Both the position numbers and the translations under genes were made by a program. Below the pieces are notes generated by a model. That model saw nothing but the letters and a program-made list of their open reading frames with translations. It made no database searches and was not told where the DNA came from. Shown here piece by piece: positions 25,851 through 42,053 of a stretch of DNA of 60,993 nucleotides. The stretch covers positions 1 through 60,993 of the forward strand of contig NIVC01004088.1 of assembly GCA_002269645.1 (NCBI GenBank). Direction: 5' to 3'. This DNA is from Macrostomum lignano (taxonomy: Eukaryota). Within the stretch, counting starts at the first letter, position 1, and every line of letters begins with the position of its first letter.

Positions 25851-27497
25851 AACTGTTGAATAAACAGCCAACCTAAAAAGTCAAAGAATTGGTTCGCCTC
25901 ATTTAAGGCCCGATACTACGTTATGTATTGTTTTGGGAACTGGAGCTCTTTACTCAGCCGCTCATTGGCTGGGCAATTCCAACCAAAGAACATCAGATAT
26001 CTGAGGGAGAGAATTGGATGATATGGAGATAGAATCATACATGTAGGCGGAGAAAAAGAAAAAGATAATATTCGGTGTATAAAATGTTATCCAGGGTGAT
26101 AAAAACTTTACCAACCCGAAAAAGAGTTGTGCTCAAAGGAATTAGCTTTTTTAGCGAAGGAGAGTTTCTTAGTTGCTACTAAATTCGTTGAATATTAATG
26201 CGTTACGCCTAAGTCTAGTCTAGTCTAATCTCTGAGTATGTGTACAAGTCCTAAGAACAAACCAAATAAACTGCTTTGCCCTTTCCGTACTGGATCCCAA
26301 CGCAGCCATCAACCCCAGACAGAAGCAGTGCCCGAGTCTTGGCGTCTATACTGCAGTAAATCTCCTCGTGCATGGAGTTTTCGGAAACTCTTGAGAACGG
26401 GATAGCTATAGGCCAGTGTGAGAGCCCCTCACGGACCTTACCCATCCAGTCTGCTGGCTTCTGCAGAAGTGGGATTATAGTATTAATACTATATACGCCT
26501 CGGTTCTGCAGTTGTCCACAGCCATAGAGCACTGCTAATAAAATTAGAGTCTGCATTGGAGATTCAAAGTTACTATAGAATCAAAATATGCCAAAATCTC
26601 TTCCATGAAAAATATATTGTGGAGATAGGAAACTTTTTTTCAGAGTTTAAGAGTGGTTATCAGTCACTCAAAAACTCTACACTTCTAGCACTGGGGAACA
26701 TGTGCCTAGGTATATGCAAAATCAAATAACTCTTACTGGAGCGGCTCCTTAGTAACTAGTAGACATCTTGGTCTTGAAGGGTGTACGTCGTAGGTCAGAA
26801 GTCTTGGCGGTCCTTGAGCTCGAAATTAACAATAGAACGTGTGCCCTAATGAACAATTGAATTCTCTGAGTTTCTGTAATAGGTCCTTCTGAAGGGCGTC
26901 TTCTTCGTTACGTCCGAAGTGTAATGGATGACTCAAATCAATCAATAAATCTTATATAATATATCAAAAGAAACAAAGAGGCCTTTCTCAAATGTGTCGA
27001 CAACAAACGGCTCTCGTAAACTTAATGATTAAACTTATTAATGCTAGCAACAAATAACTAAATTTAGTAAGTGCTTACCAATGGGACAGAATTTCGTTCT
27101 CAGAGATGGGTCTTTCTGGTTCTTCTACAGAGTCTTCTTTGAGACCGCTCGGAATGTGAATTTTGTATTCGGATTTTCAATTATATTTATTGCAAAATTT
27201 TGGGGAAAAACCAGTTTAATATCGAATACTTACTTAGATCAAACGTATTTGATTAAGGGGTCATGGTAGTTTGAACATTACCACTTATGGAGTTAAGCAA
27301 ATAACAGCTGCTGAAATCCGGTTCCTTGATCATACGAGCGTTGGTCCTATGTAGGGTTCTGATTCACTCTGTTTGCACATGGCTCATTCTAAAAATGTAG
27401 ATGACTCATTCTAAAAATACATTGCAAATTTAATTGACTTTTCTTAGAATATTACTTTAAGAAGTGCATTACGGTATCACGACGAACAGTTCTCTAC

Positions 27498-28194
27498 CAA
27501 GGACGACTTAAGTAGAAGGACGGGAAACCTCGTTTCTTAGAAAAGTTTTGAAGGCACTTTTTCCCGAAAAAATACACTACGGAGATAGGAAGTTTTCATT
27601 TTTTCAGCACAAAAATTGTTATTGCGTTTGATAGGAGGCAGATCCAGTGTTCATCTTTTGATATGTTGTGCCTTTTTTATTGCTCTATCGATATTTATAA
27701 AGCTTTTCGTTCAGAAAACTAGGATTCTATGTTAATTTTTGATTCTACGTATATTTCCTGTATCTAAAAATCACAAAAATGCATGACACAGCTCCAATAT
27801 TTGGTTTTATGAACCTATTTTATCATCTCTGTTACAAATATTTGCTACACAGTCGGGTAAGAATGATAAAATAGACTCATAAAACCAAAGAGCCGAGCCG
27901 TGGCATTCTAATGTATTTCAAGCACAAGACACGCGAAAATATACGAAGAATAAAAAATTAACATAGAATCCGAAATTCCTGAACGAAAAGCTTTATAAAT
28001 ATCGATAGAGCAATAAGAAAGGCACAAATATCAAAAGATGAACACTGGATCTGCCTCCTATCAAACGCAATAACAATTTTTGTGCTGAAAAAATGAAAAC
28101 TTCCTATCTCCGTAGTGTATTTTTTCGGGAAAAAGTGCCTTCAAAACTTTTCTAAGAAACGAGGTTTCCCGTCCTTCTACTTAAGTCGTCCTTG
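27498..28194. mobile_element. 697-bp near-palindromic MITE with 8-bp TSD (hAT- or P-superfamily-like ends)
   Basis: Ends are CAAGGACGACTTAAG...CTTAAGTCGTCCTTG. Arms are near-perfectly inverted for over 200 bp and imperfectly almost to the centre. TTCTCTAC is duplicated at 27490-27497 and 28195-28202. Confidence 0.92.
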
Positions 28195-30297
28195 TTCTCT
28201 ACAATTTTTCATCACAAAATAAATGATTGCATTTCATCTGGGCAATGAAGATTACCATTCCTTTGATTTAGCATGCACAACATGTTGCCACATTGTATTT
28301 TACACAGTTGTGCAGTGAAAGTTTCATTTTATTATTGTTTTCATAAGTCCATACTCACAAGCTGTAATTTTTGTTTTGGAATTGTTTTGGAGTTTTTGTT
28401 TGGAATTAAATATATTTGTGAATAAAATTGTTGCATGCGAAATAAACAGCAAAGATATTACTCTTTGTAAGCACAAGACGGACGCCTCAGTCTAGGGTGG
28501 TTTTTCCTACTGAAAGTAGCATATGTTGGACGGTAATTTGCGACTGAACTGCCTTTCTACAATTAGGCCAGAATTGCTTGCAAAATCACATGCGAAGCTA
28601 TGAAAAAAAAACGATTTCGATTTTGGGCAGCACGGGAATGCAGCCGAAAGTATAAAGCTATACTTTTCCTAGTAAGAAGTAAAAGAAAATCTGTCTGTCT
28701 GAGCAGCAAAAAACAATCATTCCCGTCCAGGCTTTCCGGTAGTCGATATTGATCGTATATACTCAACATAAGACAACTGGCATGAGCGCATAGAGTTGTA
28801 TTTCATTCGACAAAAAAACAGACCACGCAACAAGACCGTAGTGGCACGAAAGTCAATAACCAAGAGTAAGAGTCAGCAGTACACAAATATAAGCAGTTTG
28901 CTCGGTTGTAGAGAATATAAATGAATGTAGCGCAAAGGCGGTGGCTCCTTTGTTTCACTTTTGTTTTTTAGCAGTTTTCCGGTTGGAAAATTTAGCTTTG
29001 AGTATACGAGCTATAACTGAGTGCCGGTTGCTTCTCATTTATAGACGGCTTTGCGCATGAAGCCGGGAACGACGGGTTGTGGGTATCCTGTCGAAGGTCT
29101 CAAAGGGCACTCGGCATTCATCTCTGGATCGGATCGAAATTCTTGATCGAATGCTGGATACGATGCGGTTGTATGCATTTTATCTTGGTCACATAAATAA
29201 AACTTTTTCAACATGTAGACCTGACCGTAAGGTAAACATATCTGCACCCTTACTGGTGTTTAGCTAGTAATATTTTTTAAATATGCAAGTCAGATTAGAA
29301 TTTAGATGGATCACTGAATGCTTTCAGTTTATCATTCAAGACACGGTATGATGTTTTATTCTCAGTAGGATTTGAATTCAAACTCTTTAATCCGAATGTT
29401 CCCTCCGAATGCTTAGAAAAATATTGTATTATAAGTCACAGGACGCCTCTCATCGTGCGGCATTCATTAGTACATGTAAAAGTCTGTCCAAAAATGGTTA
29501 TTCATTGAGCCATTCATCCCGCGATATTTGTTCATCAAGGTATTTCATTCAAATGACATTCATGGTGCGTTAGTCACTGAATAAAATTTATTATTTAATG
29601 TAATCAATGGGGTAATTATTCCATCGCGCTGTTTAAAACTTCGTTCTGTTTGTAATGCTTTAAAAACTCTTAAAAAGTTATATTTGCAGTTATAATACCA
29701 TCGTCGGAGAGCTCTCATACACATGTACTCATTCCAGGACATCATGATACTTTTCTGAGTAAAAAATGACACTTATTTGTTAGGGGTGTTTGCACCTGTA
29801 CTAAATGTATCGCAATATTTGATAAATTAGATTCGCGGAATCCGGAAACTAGTGAAAAATGCACAACATTTTGTAAGATTGAAGCTTAGCTACGATTTTA
29901 CACATGTACGCGGCTTAAAGGCTATAGATTATTCGCGTTATCAGTAAATCCTTCCGTGTTTTTCATTCATCAAATAATGTTTTGATCATTAGCAAATTGC
30001 ATTCGTTGACTCGCTTGTCGCAGCTTTTTCAGCAAGTCAACAAAGTTCCGGCTTGAACATCCTTTCCAGGAATCTTTGCGCTGCCTTCATCCTGGGGTGC
30101 TGACATAATTTTGGGGCTTTCCAGAATAATTTGCACCTGTTTTTGAGGTGCAACTCGCTAATAAGCGCGAGGCCTAGTTCACCTTCATTACATAGAATCA
30201 GACCTTTGAGAATAATAATTTGCTCTTAATAATATATTAATATAGTTAGGCTGTTGAGGGCAGAAATAAGCGAAACAGACGAGGCGCGAAATCCATC

Positions 30298-30990
30298 GTG
30301 TTTTTATTCCTTTACTGTTTGTCGAATATGCTGCGTTATTCTTCCATACGCGAAGACGAAATTAGTGGATTGAGCTCAGATGAGCTTGATTTCATCACGC
30401 ATCTCGATCCTCGAGACCATGTCGACAGAATTGGTCAATGGACAGGGCTGACGGATGAGCAAGAGAGGCTAATTGATGAGGAACTACGCAATCTTACGCC
30501 GGAAGATCAGGTTGGAAACCTGTTTCGTGAATTGACCGAAGAGGAAGAATCTGGCCTACATCATGTGGAGCAAGAAAGTAAACGGAAGTCGACGGTTAAG
30601 CAAACTGAATTGCATATTGGCAAACTAAAAGAGTTTCTACGCGCGGAGAATTTACCTGATCACATCGAGAATATGCCAGTGAGGTATCTCAACTCCTATC
30701 TACGCCTGTTCTTCGTTCAGTTAAAAACAGCTGATGGAAAGCCATATGCTGTAAGTACACTGACGTGTTTTCGCGCGTCTGTGCACCGGTATTTATTAGA
30801 GAAGCGAAATCCGAAGCTGATTGGCAACGATGCGTTCTTATCGTTTGATCGAACGTACAAGGCTATGTTGGTCAAATCGCTTCAGCAAAAAAAGGCTGTA
30901 GGCAGCGGTCACTGTTTGGAAATTGCAAGTTTGAAAATTGTACGTTTAACTTTAATCAATCAAACTAAGGTCAGGAGGTATACCGCGTGA
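30298..30990 (+). mobile_element. Crypton-like (tyrosine-recombinase transposon) N-terminal/core-binding fragment, truncated before the catalytic domain
   Basis: An acidic N-terminus is followed by KRKSTVKQT...KLKEFL...IENMPVRYLNSYLRLFFVQLKTADGKPYAVSTLTCFRASVHRYL. This pattern resembles the domain preceding DUF3504 in animal Cryptons and their domesticated derivatives (KCTD1/QRICH1/ZMYM). Recognised by eye only. Confidence 0.65.
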
Positions 30991-31454
30991 GAAATCTAAA
31001 GACTGTCAATGGACTATATATCTAATGTTTATCTCATGTTAATGTTAATATCTCATGTTAATGCTAATATTAGCTGAAAATATACACATAGTTTCTTGTG
31101 CCCACTTGGGGCCATAGACAACTTTTGCTGGCGGGCAGACATCGTTGCTTTCACCCTCGTTTCGGCAGGCTTAGGACTGCTACAATTCAGCTTGTGAGGC
31201 GCAGTTCCCATTGGCTACGCCAGGGTAACCCAGAACAAAAACGTTGAAGTAAACAACTTGGAATCATAAATAGCATATTCAGGCAATTCTAGGCTGACTG
31301 ACCAAAGGTAAGAGCATGGAAGTAACGTGAGCAATCAAATTTTTCTAGCATGGATTTTTCTTGACCAAATTTGTCTATGGCAAAACCCCATCAGCACTAT
31401 GAGTTCTGTAGAGCACAGATTCTATATACCCTTAGATGGGCTCATGGATGAAAT

Positions 31455-31922
31455 AATATACCTTTTTGCGATCTAGTTTGCCAAAACTGCAATCAATTTT
31501 GCCCGCGGAAAAATATCTTCTTCTTATATACAAGGATGAGTGGATCGATCGATCGATCGGCCGGCCGGGTTTAACGCGTATCTCCTCCTAGACGGCTGGC
31601 AATTCAAATGCGAGACTTATATATATCAATGCAGAATTTTCCTACGCAACAAATAGGCTATTTTAATGTTAAAATTTAAAAGTTAGGTTTGTTAAAAAAA
31701 GCAGAAAACTGTTTTCTTAACCTTCTTTGGCCACTTTTTCTGTTCTGAACTGAAAATTTGCATCAATTTTGAGTGATTGCGCCACAACTTTCTCCTATTT
31801 TGCCAGTGCATTTTCTCTCCAGTGGGGGGATGGGGACGTTCTCAGTGACTGCGTGTGTACAATCTAACCGCGGGCAAAATTGATTGCAGTTTTGGCAAAC
31901 TAGATCGCAAAAAGGTATATTA
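31455..31922. repeat. Inverted repeat pair (about 55 bp arms), probable MITE relic
   Basis: aatatacctttttgcgatctagtttgccaaaactgcaatcaattttgcccgcgg (about 31455-31508) is the reverse complement of about 31868-31922. Confidence 0.75.
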
Positions 31923-33144
31923 GTGGATTGCTCACTGGGTCGAAAAAGCCTTACGCGCTGATGGACTGCTGATATCATAGACAAAATATGCAGAATATTT
32001 CATCCGCGGATGTCAGATAGTTGTTTTTATTGTAAAGCAAACATCAAGCGTTCATCGCAGCAACGCTCCTGGGTTCATCATTAAGAGCAAAGCACGACTA
32101 TTCTGAAGAGCGTGCATATAATGAATGTGCGGCCATGTGCTACAGCAAGCTGCATGTCAAAGTCCGGCGACATTTGAATGAGTTTTTTGCTTCGACGGTT
32201 CTAATTATGTTGCATTTCTATTTTATTTCGGTGAAACACTAAGTTGAAGATAAGTCTTAAGACTCTTGAAATATAGCATTTGTCTATGATAAGAGAGAAC
32301 AACATTTTGGAATCAATGAGCAATCCATAGATGGGCTACTCCAGCCACTTGGACCATAGACTAAAGCTTCTGCTGCTCTCAAGCATTTGCCGCAGCATTT
32401 GCCTTTCGGGGCGTCGGAGGCGATCGCCAAATACACCTAGGTAATATATCTTTTTGCAGCCCATTCGGGCTTACGCGCATTGAATTTGATTCAAGATACG
32501 TTTGCCAATTTAACGGAGCTTTTGTCTATGGTAGCAAGGCTGGCACAGCGGAATTTAATTTGGTCCAATAAGCATCAATTTGATCCAGATGCTCGTGAGC
32601 CATTGGACAGACTCTTGCTTTCTCGCAACAGTCTGCGGGTTGTTGCGTACCACTGGAATGTCAGCGTCTCTACCAACCTTGCAATGTCCTTTGTGTGTTC
32701 ACCTCTGTCGATTTAATGTATAACTTCGATTTGGTAATACCGCTTATTAAAATCTTTGTCTCAGTTTTTTAATTGAGCACCACATTTACAGTGTAGAATA
32801 TTCACGAGATATGAAAAGTTGGGATGCAGAAAGTTTTGATCCTTGAATGAGCTGTCATTTGTGTTTAAACAGAAATTTTAACCAGCCTGAATTCTGGTTT
32901 AAAGCCTCTTTGGCTTGGGCTCACTGCCGATAAAGAGATCGCCCCAACCCCAACAAACCCTCTCCGTTTGATCGCAAATCCCATTGGCAGGCTTCAGAAA
33001 CCAATGGGACGGGAGGCGGCCAGTACACTGCTGCACTCAGGGGTGTTAAATAAAGCTCCCAGTAACTAAAGCCGACAAATACAAAGAAGCCTCATCACTA
33101 CTATATTGAAGCAGAATTCTCTTGAGCTAAATTTACATTCTATT

Positions 33145-36019
<2,875 letters not shown>

Positions 36020-36658
36020 GGATCCGAAGGTTCCTAAGTCGGAAAACAAGTTACTCGTATAAACAGTTACAGTATTGCACGCAATTGCGTTTCTGTGCTA
36101 CATGTAGTTACTAATGTGGTTAAATCCGCTTGTTAACCCTCGCAGCTTATATGTACGCTTGCAATGTACAGCTTAAATACTGAAAATTTGGCTGTGCTGG
36201 GTCAGAAAGTGCACACATGTACATTCACATATTAGCGCTCTTATCGACTGCAATATTATTTTACTAGAATTAAACCACATTACCTGGAATCCTAAGCATC
36301 ATTTATCTTGCCCTATATGTGCAAACTTATTGTTGGTTCATTTTTAGCATTCTCACTGTGATTCATCATGAGTTCACAAACTGTTTAGTCATTTTTCGTC
36401 TACGATCGCATAAGACCATCAATGCACTGATACCACGCTTGTGGATTTACCTACCATTTTACTATGTATATTTATAGTATTGTTTTAACAGTAAGCAATG
36501 ATTGTAAAGTACGTATTCAAGTCAACATCTGTCTGTCGTCTATTTCCAGATCTCTTTATCAACAAATGTTGAATGAAGTATCTAAGCATTGCTATCATCA
36601 TAGATCCAAAGAGTTGTAAATAATTCTGTACAAATTTCCATCACCCAAGCTCTTACAA

Positions 36659-36770
36659 CTGTCTATGACCTAAACTGTTTATAGTGCAAGCTGTTTGTGA
36701 CTTAAACTGTTTATAATGCAAGCTGCCTATGACCTAAACTGTTTGTAACCCAAGCTATCTATGACTTAAT
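36659..36770. repeat. About 32-bp tandem repeat, about 3.5 copies (ctgtctatgacctaaactgtttatagtgcaag)
   Basis: Directly visible. Confidence 0.7.
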
Positions 36771-37453
36771 GTGACCTTTTATAACATGTAGAGCACTACT
36801 TGATCTCTCTTGTTAGAACTCTTGCTCTAACCCTAGCATTCTCCACCCCGTGCTCCGCCATCGCTCATTCACGCTTGCACTGTTGTGCAACTCTGGCGCG
36901 CTTCTCCTGCCACGAAGTATACAGGAAAAATTCATTATTATTTGTCAGTAAGTATTGTTGAATTACATCATAATTTTAACGTAAGTCAGCCTTTGTGCAT
37001 CTGACAGAATATGAAAATAATATTGCCACGCATTAGGCCGAACAGTTTCTTTTAAACCTTGTAGCCATGAACTGCATGGTTGAGAAAATACGAGCTATGG
37101 ATTAAACTTAACAGCCTTCAAGGAAGGGTTTACTATGAATCAGTACTGCAACTTGCAACTTCTTTGCCATTTAGACAATTAAGGAATCTTCATCAGCCAA
37201 CTGGTGCGAACAGGGCTTGAATGGCTGGGGCACGAGTGCGCCCAGCCGTTCTAACACGATTTTAATTTGTTAAGGCGTGCATTAAATGGCTGTATCGTGA
37301 TATCGTGATTACAGTGCCGCTCAATCGTCGGTTCGTCTTGCTTAAATGTCTATGCATTTAGAGTCCGACATTTTTAAGCACTCAAAAGCGACTATAATTC
37401 GGATATTTTTATTACAATTTGTAGTTACGCGCCAAGTACAGTAATGTTAAATA

Positions 37454-38696
37454 TAGCATTTTGCAAGCTAGTAGAGAATGCGAGCAAGCAATTAAATAAT
37501 TGATGGCAAAGTCAATAGATTTTCTTATCAAAGAGTTTCTTGTCAAAGCCATGAGCATTACTGCAACCAAATAAATAATGCGGGCACACAATTGATAAAT
37601 TTCTCAGAACTTAGCAAATTTCTATTGCTCCTCAAAAATCAAAGTTCTTCAGGCAGGACTGCGCACTCTCAGTCGGATAAAAAAATGGTGAGTACGGCGG
37701 CAGCTGCACGACTCGCCAGTTAGCTTCATATTGTTGCGGGAGCCTCACGCCGGTGTGGAATCGAGCACCGTTCATTATGATTCAGAATTTATCCGCATTC
37801 TCGATGTCTTCTCTATTGTTGACAGCGTCGAGTAATTCTTCGATGAAAACTTGGAACACGTTTGCAGTTAGCGTCTGGCCCAAAATCTTGTGGTGTACCA
37901 GACTGAGGCCAGGTGAGGTGGCCTGGATGATATTTACCTGTACACCGCGCAAAGTGCGCCTAACACGCTGACCCCGCAAACTGCGCCCCAGAGATCGTCG
38001 TGTCCATATGTTGAACCCTGTCTCGTCAATATAGATCAAGTGACAATCCGGAGGCAGGTCAAGCAGCCACTGTGCGAATTCTTGTCGACGGCGTGTTCTG
38101 TGCGACCGGTAGGTCAGCATCTCTACCTAAGAATTTCAGCGTGATCAGATGTTTGTCTAGAGATCTGCTAAGTGTGGCCACGCTCACCCGAAGACCGTCA
38201 AACGAATGCTCCAGTGTGCGCTGCAACTCTTTTAGTGTCAGTAATGGATTGGCATCCATCCAGTGAATCCAGAAGCAGTTGCACGTGCTGGTTTCCTAGC
38301 TTTGGTGCCTTTACATTAAAAAACCTGAAAATCTGCACAGCACTGTCTCCTCGCTCAAGCGTACTTATTATTAGTTCAAATTTTTCGTTGCTTATCTTGG
38401 CCTACGGACCCCGTGCTGCTGCCGCCTGAACTGGTTCTCCAGGAGCGTCCTCCGCGGTGACAAAACTCTCTCCATCCTCCGCCAGAATTTCGTCATCCTC
38501 GATGTCGATTGCGTCCATTTCGAGCTGCTATCGAATCAATTATCAATTTATCAATTGCGTACTCGCATTATTTATTTGGTTGCAGGAATGCCCATAGCTT
38601 TGACCATAGACTGTAAAATATTCCACAGACTTCTCGTCTCTTTCTTCCACAGACCCAATGGCTTGCTCGCATTCTCTACTAGCTTGCAATATGCTA
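37454..38696 (-). mobile_element. Degenerate IS630/Tc1-mariner-type DNA transposon with long subterminal inverted repeats
   Basis: HTH-like PLLTLKELQRTL...VSVATLSRSL, then LIYIDETGFN (first catalytic D), and KF*IIMNGARFH where the second D is lost. Inverted arms are at 37454-37489 / 38661-38696 and about 37540-37600 / 38545-38605. The true termini were not resolved. Confidence 0.8.
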
Positions 38697-39134
38697 AAAT
38701 CGAATTGTCTCAATTTTTCTGCCGAAATTTTCGTCTTTGATTTTAAAAAAAAACATATCTATTTTACACTACCAAGTGATAGAATGCGCGATATCCGTTA
38801 ATGAGAAGGAATTTTATCCTGAATTTTCAATTACCCAGCAAGACAGTTAAAGTGGAGTTAATATTAACCAAAGCTCTGTGTCTGTGTCAATAAATATATA
38901 GCTAATTGTCAGTAGAATTTTAAAATATTTTAAGTAATAACTAATCTCTTAATGCTTGTTGGCACTTTTATGATGCTGAAAAATTTGAATCATAAATTCC
39001 GTCTGCAAAATGATTTACAAGGATTTTATGGCTAGCTGGTGGTGTTATAGTAAAGTAATTTGCTATTGTTGTGAAGCATCCACTGAGTCTATTCAGTGAT
39101 ATTTTTTAGCTACGTTGCACGCCTAATAGAGTGA

Positions 39135-40120
39135 GTCTATGGGTATGCCTATAGATTCAGTCTATGGGTTGCCTATAGAGCCGGTCCATGGGTTGCCTAT
39201 AGATTCAGTCCATGGGTTGCCTATAGATTCAGTCTATGGGTTGCCTATAGAGCCAGTCCATGGGTGTTCTTATAGATTCAGTCCATGGGTTGCCTATAGA
39301 GCCAGTCCATGGGTTGCCTATAGATTCAGTCTATGGGTGTTCTTATAGATTCAGTCCATGGGTGTTCCTATATATTCAGTCCATGGGTTGCCTATAGAGC
39401 CAGTCCATGGGTTGCCTATAGATTCAGTCCATGGGTTGCCTATAGATTCAGTCCATGGGTGTTCTTATAGATTCAGTCCATGGGTGTTCTTATAGATTCA
39501 GTCCATGGGTTGCCTATAGAGCCAGTCCATGGGTTGCCTATAGATTCAGTCTATGGGTGTTCTTATAGATTCAGTCCATGGGTGTTCCTATATATTCAGT
39601 CCATGGGTTGCCTATAGAGCCAGTCCATGGGTTGCCTATAGAGCCAGTCCATGGGTTGCCTATAGATTCAGTCCATGGGTGTTCTTATAGATTCAGTCCA
39701 TGGGTGTTAGATTCAGTCCATATAGATTCAGTCCATGGGTTGCCTATAGATTCAGTCCATGGGTGTTCTTATAGATTCAGTCCATGGGTTGCCTATAGAG
39801 CCAGTCCATGGGTTGCCTATAGATTCAGTCTATGGGTGTTCTTATAGATTCAGTCCATGGGTGTTCCTATATATTCAGTCCATGGGTTGCCTATAGAGCC
39901 AGTCCATGGGTATGCCTATAGATTCAGTCCATGGGTTGCCTATAGAGCCAGTCCATGGGTATGCCTATAGATTCAGTCCATGGGTGTTCCTATATATTCA
40001 GTCCATGGGTCCATGGGTATGTCTATAGATTTAGTCCATGGGTTGCCCATATAAGCCAGTCCATGGGTTGCCTATAGAGTCTGTCCATGGGTACGCCTAT
40101 AGATGCAGTCCATGGGTACG
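39135..40120. repeat. 24/25-bp minisatellite (gcctatagattcagtccatgggtt and variants)
   Basis: Directly visible. Confidence 0.95.
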
Positions 40121-40710
40121 CTGGATACGCGGATACAGAGCTCAAGATGTACATAATTTTGGTGATCTTGTTAACTAGCGTTATTAGTTTATTAGCGTTA
40201 GTAGCGAACATGGAAGAGTTACAGCAGCATCACTAAGTGCAGGAAGTGCAGGGGTGCAGGAAGGACTTAATTCCATCCCTGCATTGCTGGCCCAGGCCCT
40301 GTCTTACATGATGATCCTGGCTTCATATCCAAAGGAAATGACTTTTTCCTCCGTTTTTACTTTCGCCTCTAATTGGCTTCTGCTTTTGTTGCCCCGGTGC
40401 CCTTACGGTATAGTCTTGCTCAAAGCTTTGCTTAGTAGTTGCATGAGCAGCACTACAGCTCATGCGTGCTGATAGTGCGTGATTAACCCTGCAGTGAATC
40501 TGGCTATCTAAAACTGCTAATATATTGCTGCTTAATTATGGACTCGATTATGGCGTGACACATTGCAGGGAGGACACGAAGACGCATCAAAACAGCACAG
40601 TGTACAGGAATGCTGTGACGAGAGAGATAAATGATTTCTGGCTTCACATCCTGCAATTTGGCTTTTTTCTCTGGCTAGCAGACGGGATGCAAAGATAAAA
40701 GTGCGCTTTA

Positions 40711-40975
40711 TGACTGACTGACTGACTGACTGACTGACTGACTGACTGACTGACTGACTGACTGACTGACTGACTGACTGACTGACTGACTGACTGACTG
40801 ACTGACTGACTGACTGACTGACTGACTGACTGACTGACTGACTGACTGACTGACTGACTGACTGACTGACTGACTGACTGACTGACTGACTGACTGACTG
40901 ACTGACTGACTGACTGACTGACTGACTGACTGACTGACTGACTGACTGACTGACTGACTGACTGACTGACTGACT
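40711..40975. repeat. (ACTG)n microsatellite
   Basis: Directly visible. Confidence 0.98.
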
Positions 40976-41820
40976 ATATCTGCTGAATATCAAAAGCAAC
41001 AATCTTATTAAATTTCATGCCTTGGCTAAACTAGTGTCGCGGTTAAAAAATCGGTTGATAAAAAATACTGTGGATACCTGAAGAAGTTCACGAACAGAGG
41101 GAAGCGCAGTCGATGTTAATCAAGTTGATATTCATTCTATCATTTTGCACGCTCGACTTGCGAGCTACAAAATGACGCGAGAGGAGCAATAGACTGAAAA
41201 AATAGCAGAGAGACCTGGGAGCAGCCCGGGATGCCTGCGGGTTCTCAAACCCCACCTCAGCTGCTGAGCTGTAGCAGCGCGTACGACATGCCATGGAGTT
41301 CTAAAATTTGTACCTGGATTAGAAGTTGTTTTGTCTCAAGATATTTTGTGTTTTTTAAATCCCAAATAAACACGAACACAAAAAACTTATATTGGCATTT
41401 GTGGCATTTTGTCAAAATTTTTGCTTACTGTTATCCCAAATTTGACCAAAATGAAACTTTTCCATTTTTTAAAAACTTTTTTTTCGATTTGTTTGCGTGT
41501 CTAAACACTATACTGAAGTACAATAAACTAGCTCTAGTCCAGATGTTATTAATTTAGGGCTCTATGAATGCACGCCACTGAGGCTGGGGGGGGGGTCAGC
41601 AGCGCGGACTCATTAATCATTTTTCATTCCGCTGGGCCAGCAGCGGGATGTACAAAAGCTGGGCCTGATAAATTATTAATAAGTTGCCCTATGAGGTTCA
41701 TTAGGGCCTGTTTGAGGGGGTGACTCTCCGATGGGTTCTAAAATAATAAGACCCATACTGTCCTACCAGTAATTAAAATAATTGCTTGTGACAATAGAAA
41801 TAACAAAAATATATGAATGA

Positions 41821-42053
41821 CCGGGTCGGCAAATTGCGGCCCAAAAAGCCTCTCAATCCGGCCCACCGGTCCTTTGAAACTTCGCAATAGCAATCCGGAC
41901 CGCTCAATGTCCATATCTCTTGGCAATGTCCATAACCCTTACAACTCTTCTCTCTTTTCTCTCGCCTCTCCTCTCCTCTCATGTACTCTCCTCTCTCCCT
42001 CTTCTCTAGATTCTTTATCTGGCCCTTGAGGTGAAAAACGTTTCCGACCCCTG
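41821..42053. mobile_element. Short hAT-type MITE relic
   Basis: Right end GTTTCCGACCCCTG (reverse complement CAGGGGTCGGAAAC) with subterminal GGCCC. Degenerate left end CCGGGTCGGCAAATTGCGGCCC. No TSD found. Confidence 0.5.

Noticed and set aside
29035-29247. Short minus-strand ORF ending YPQPVVPGFMRKAVYK as a terminal exon
   Set aside because: A plausible acceptor exists, but no homology was recognised and no upstream exons could be linked.
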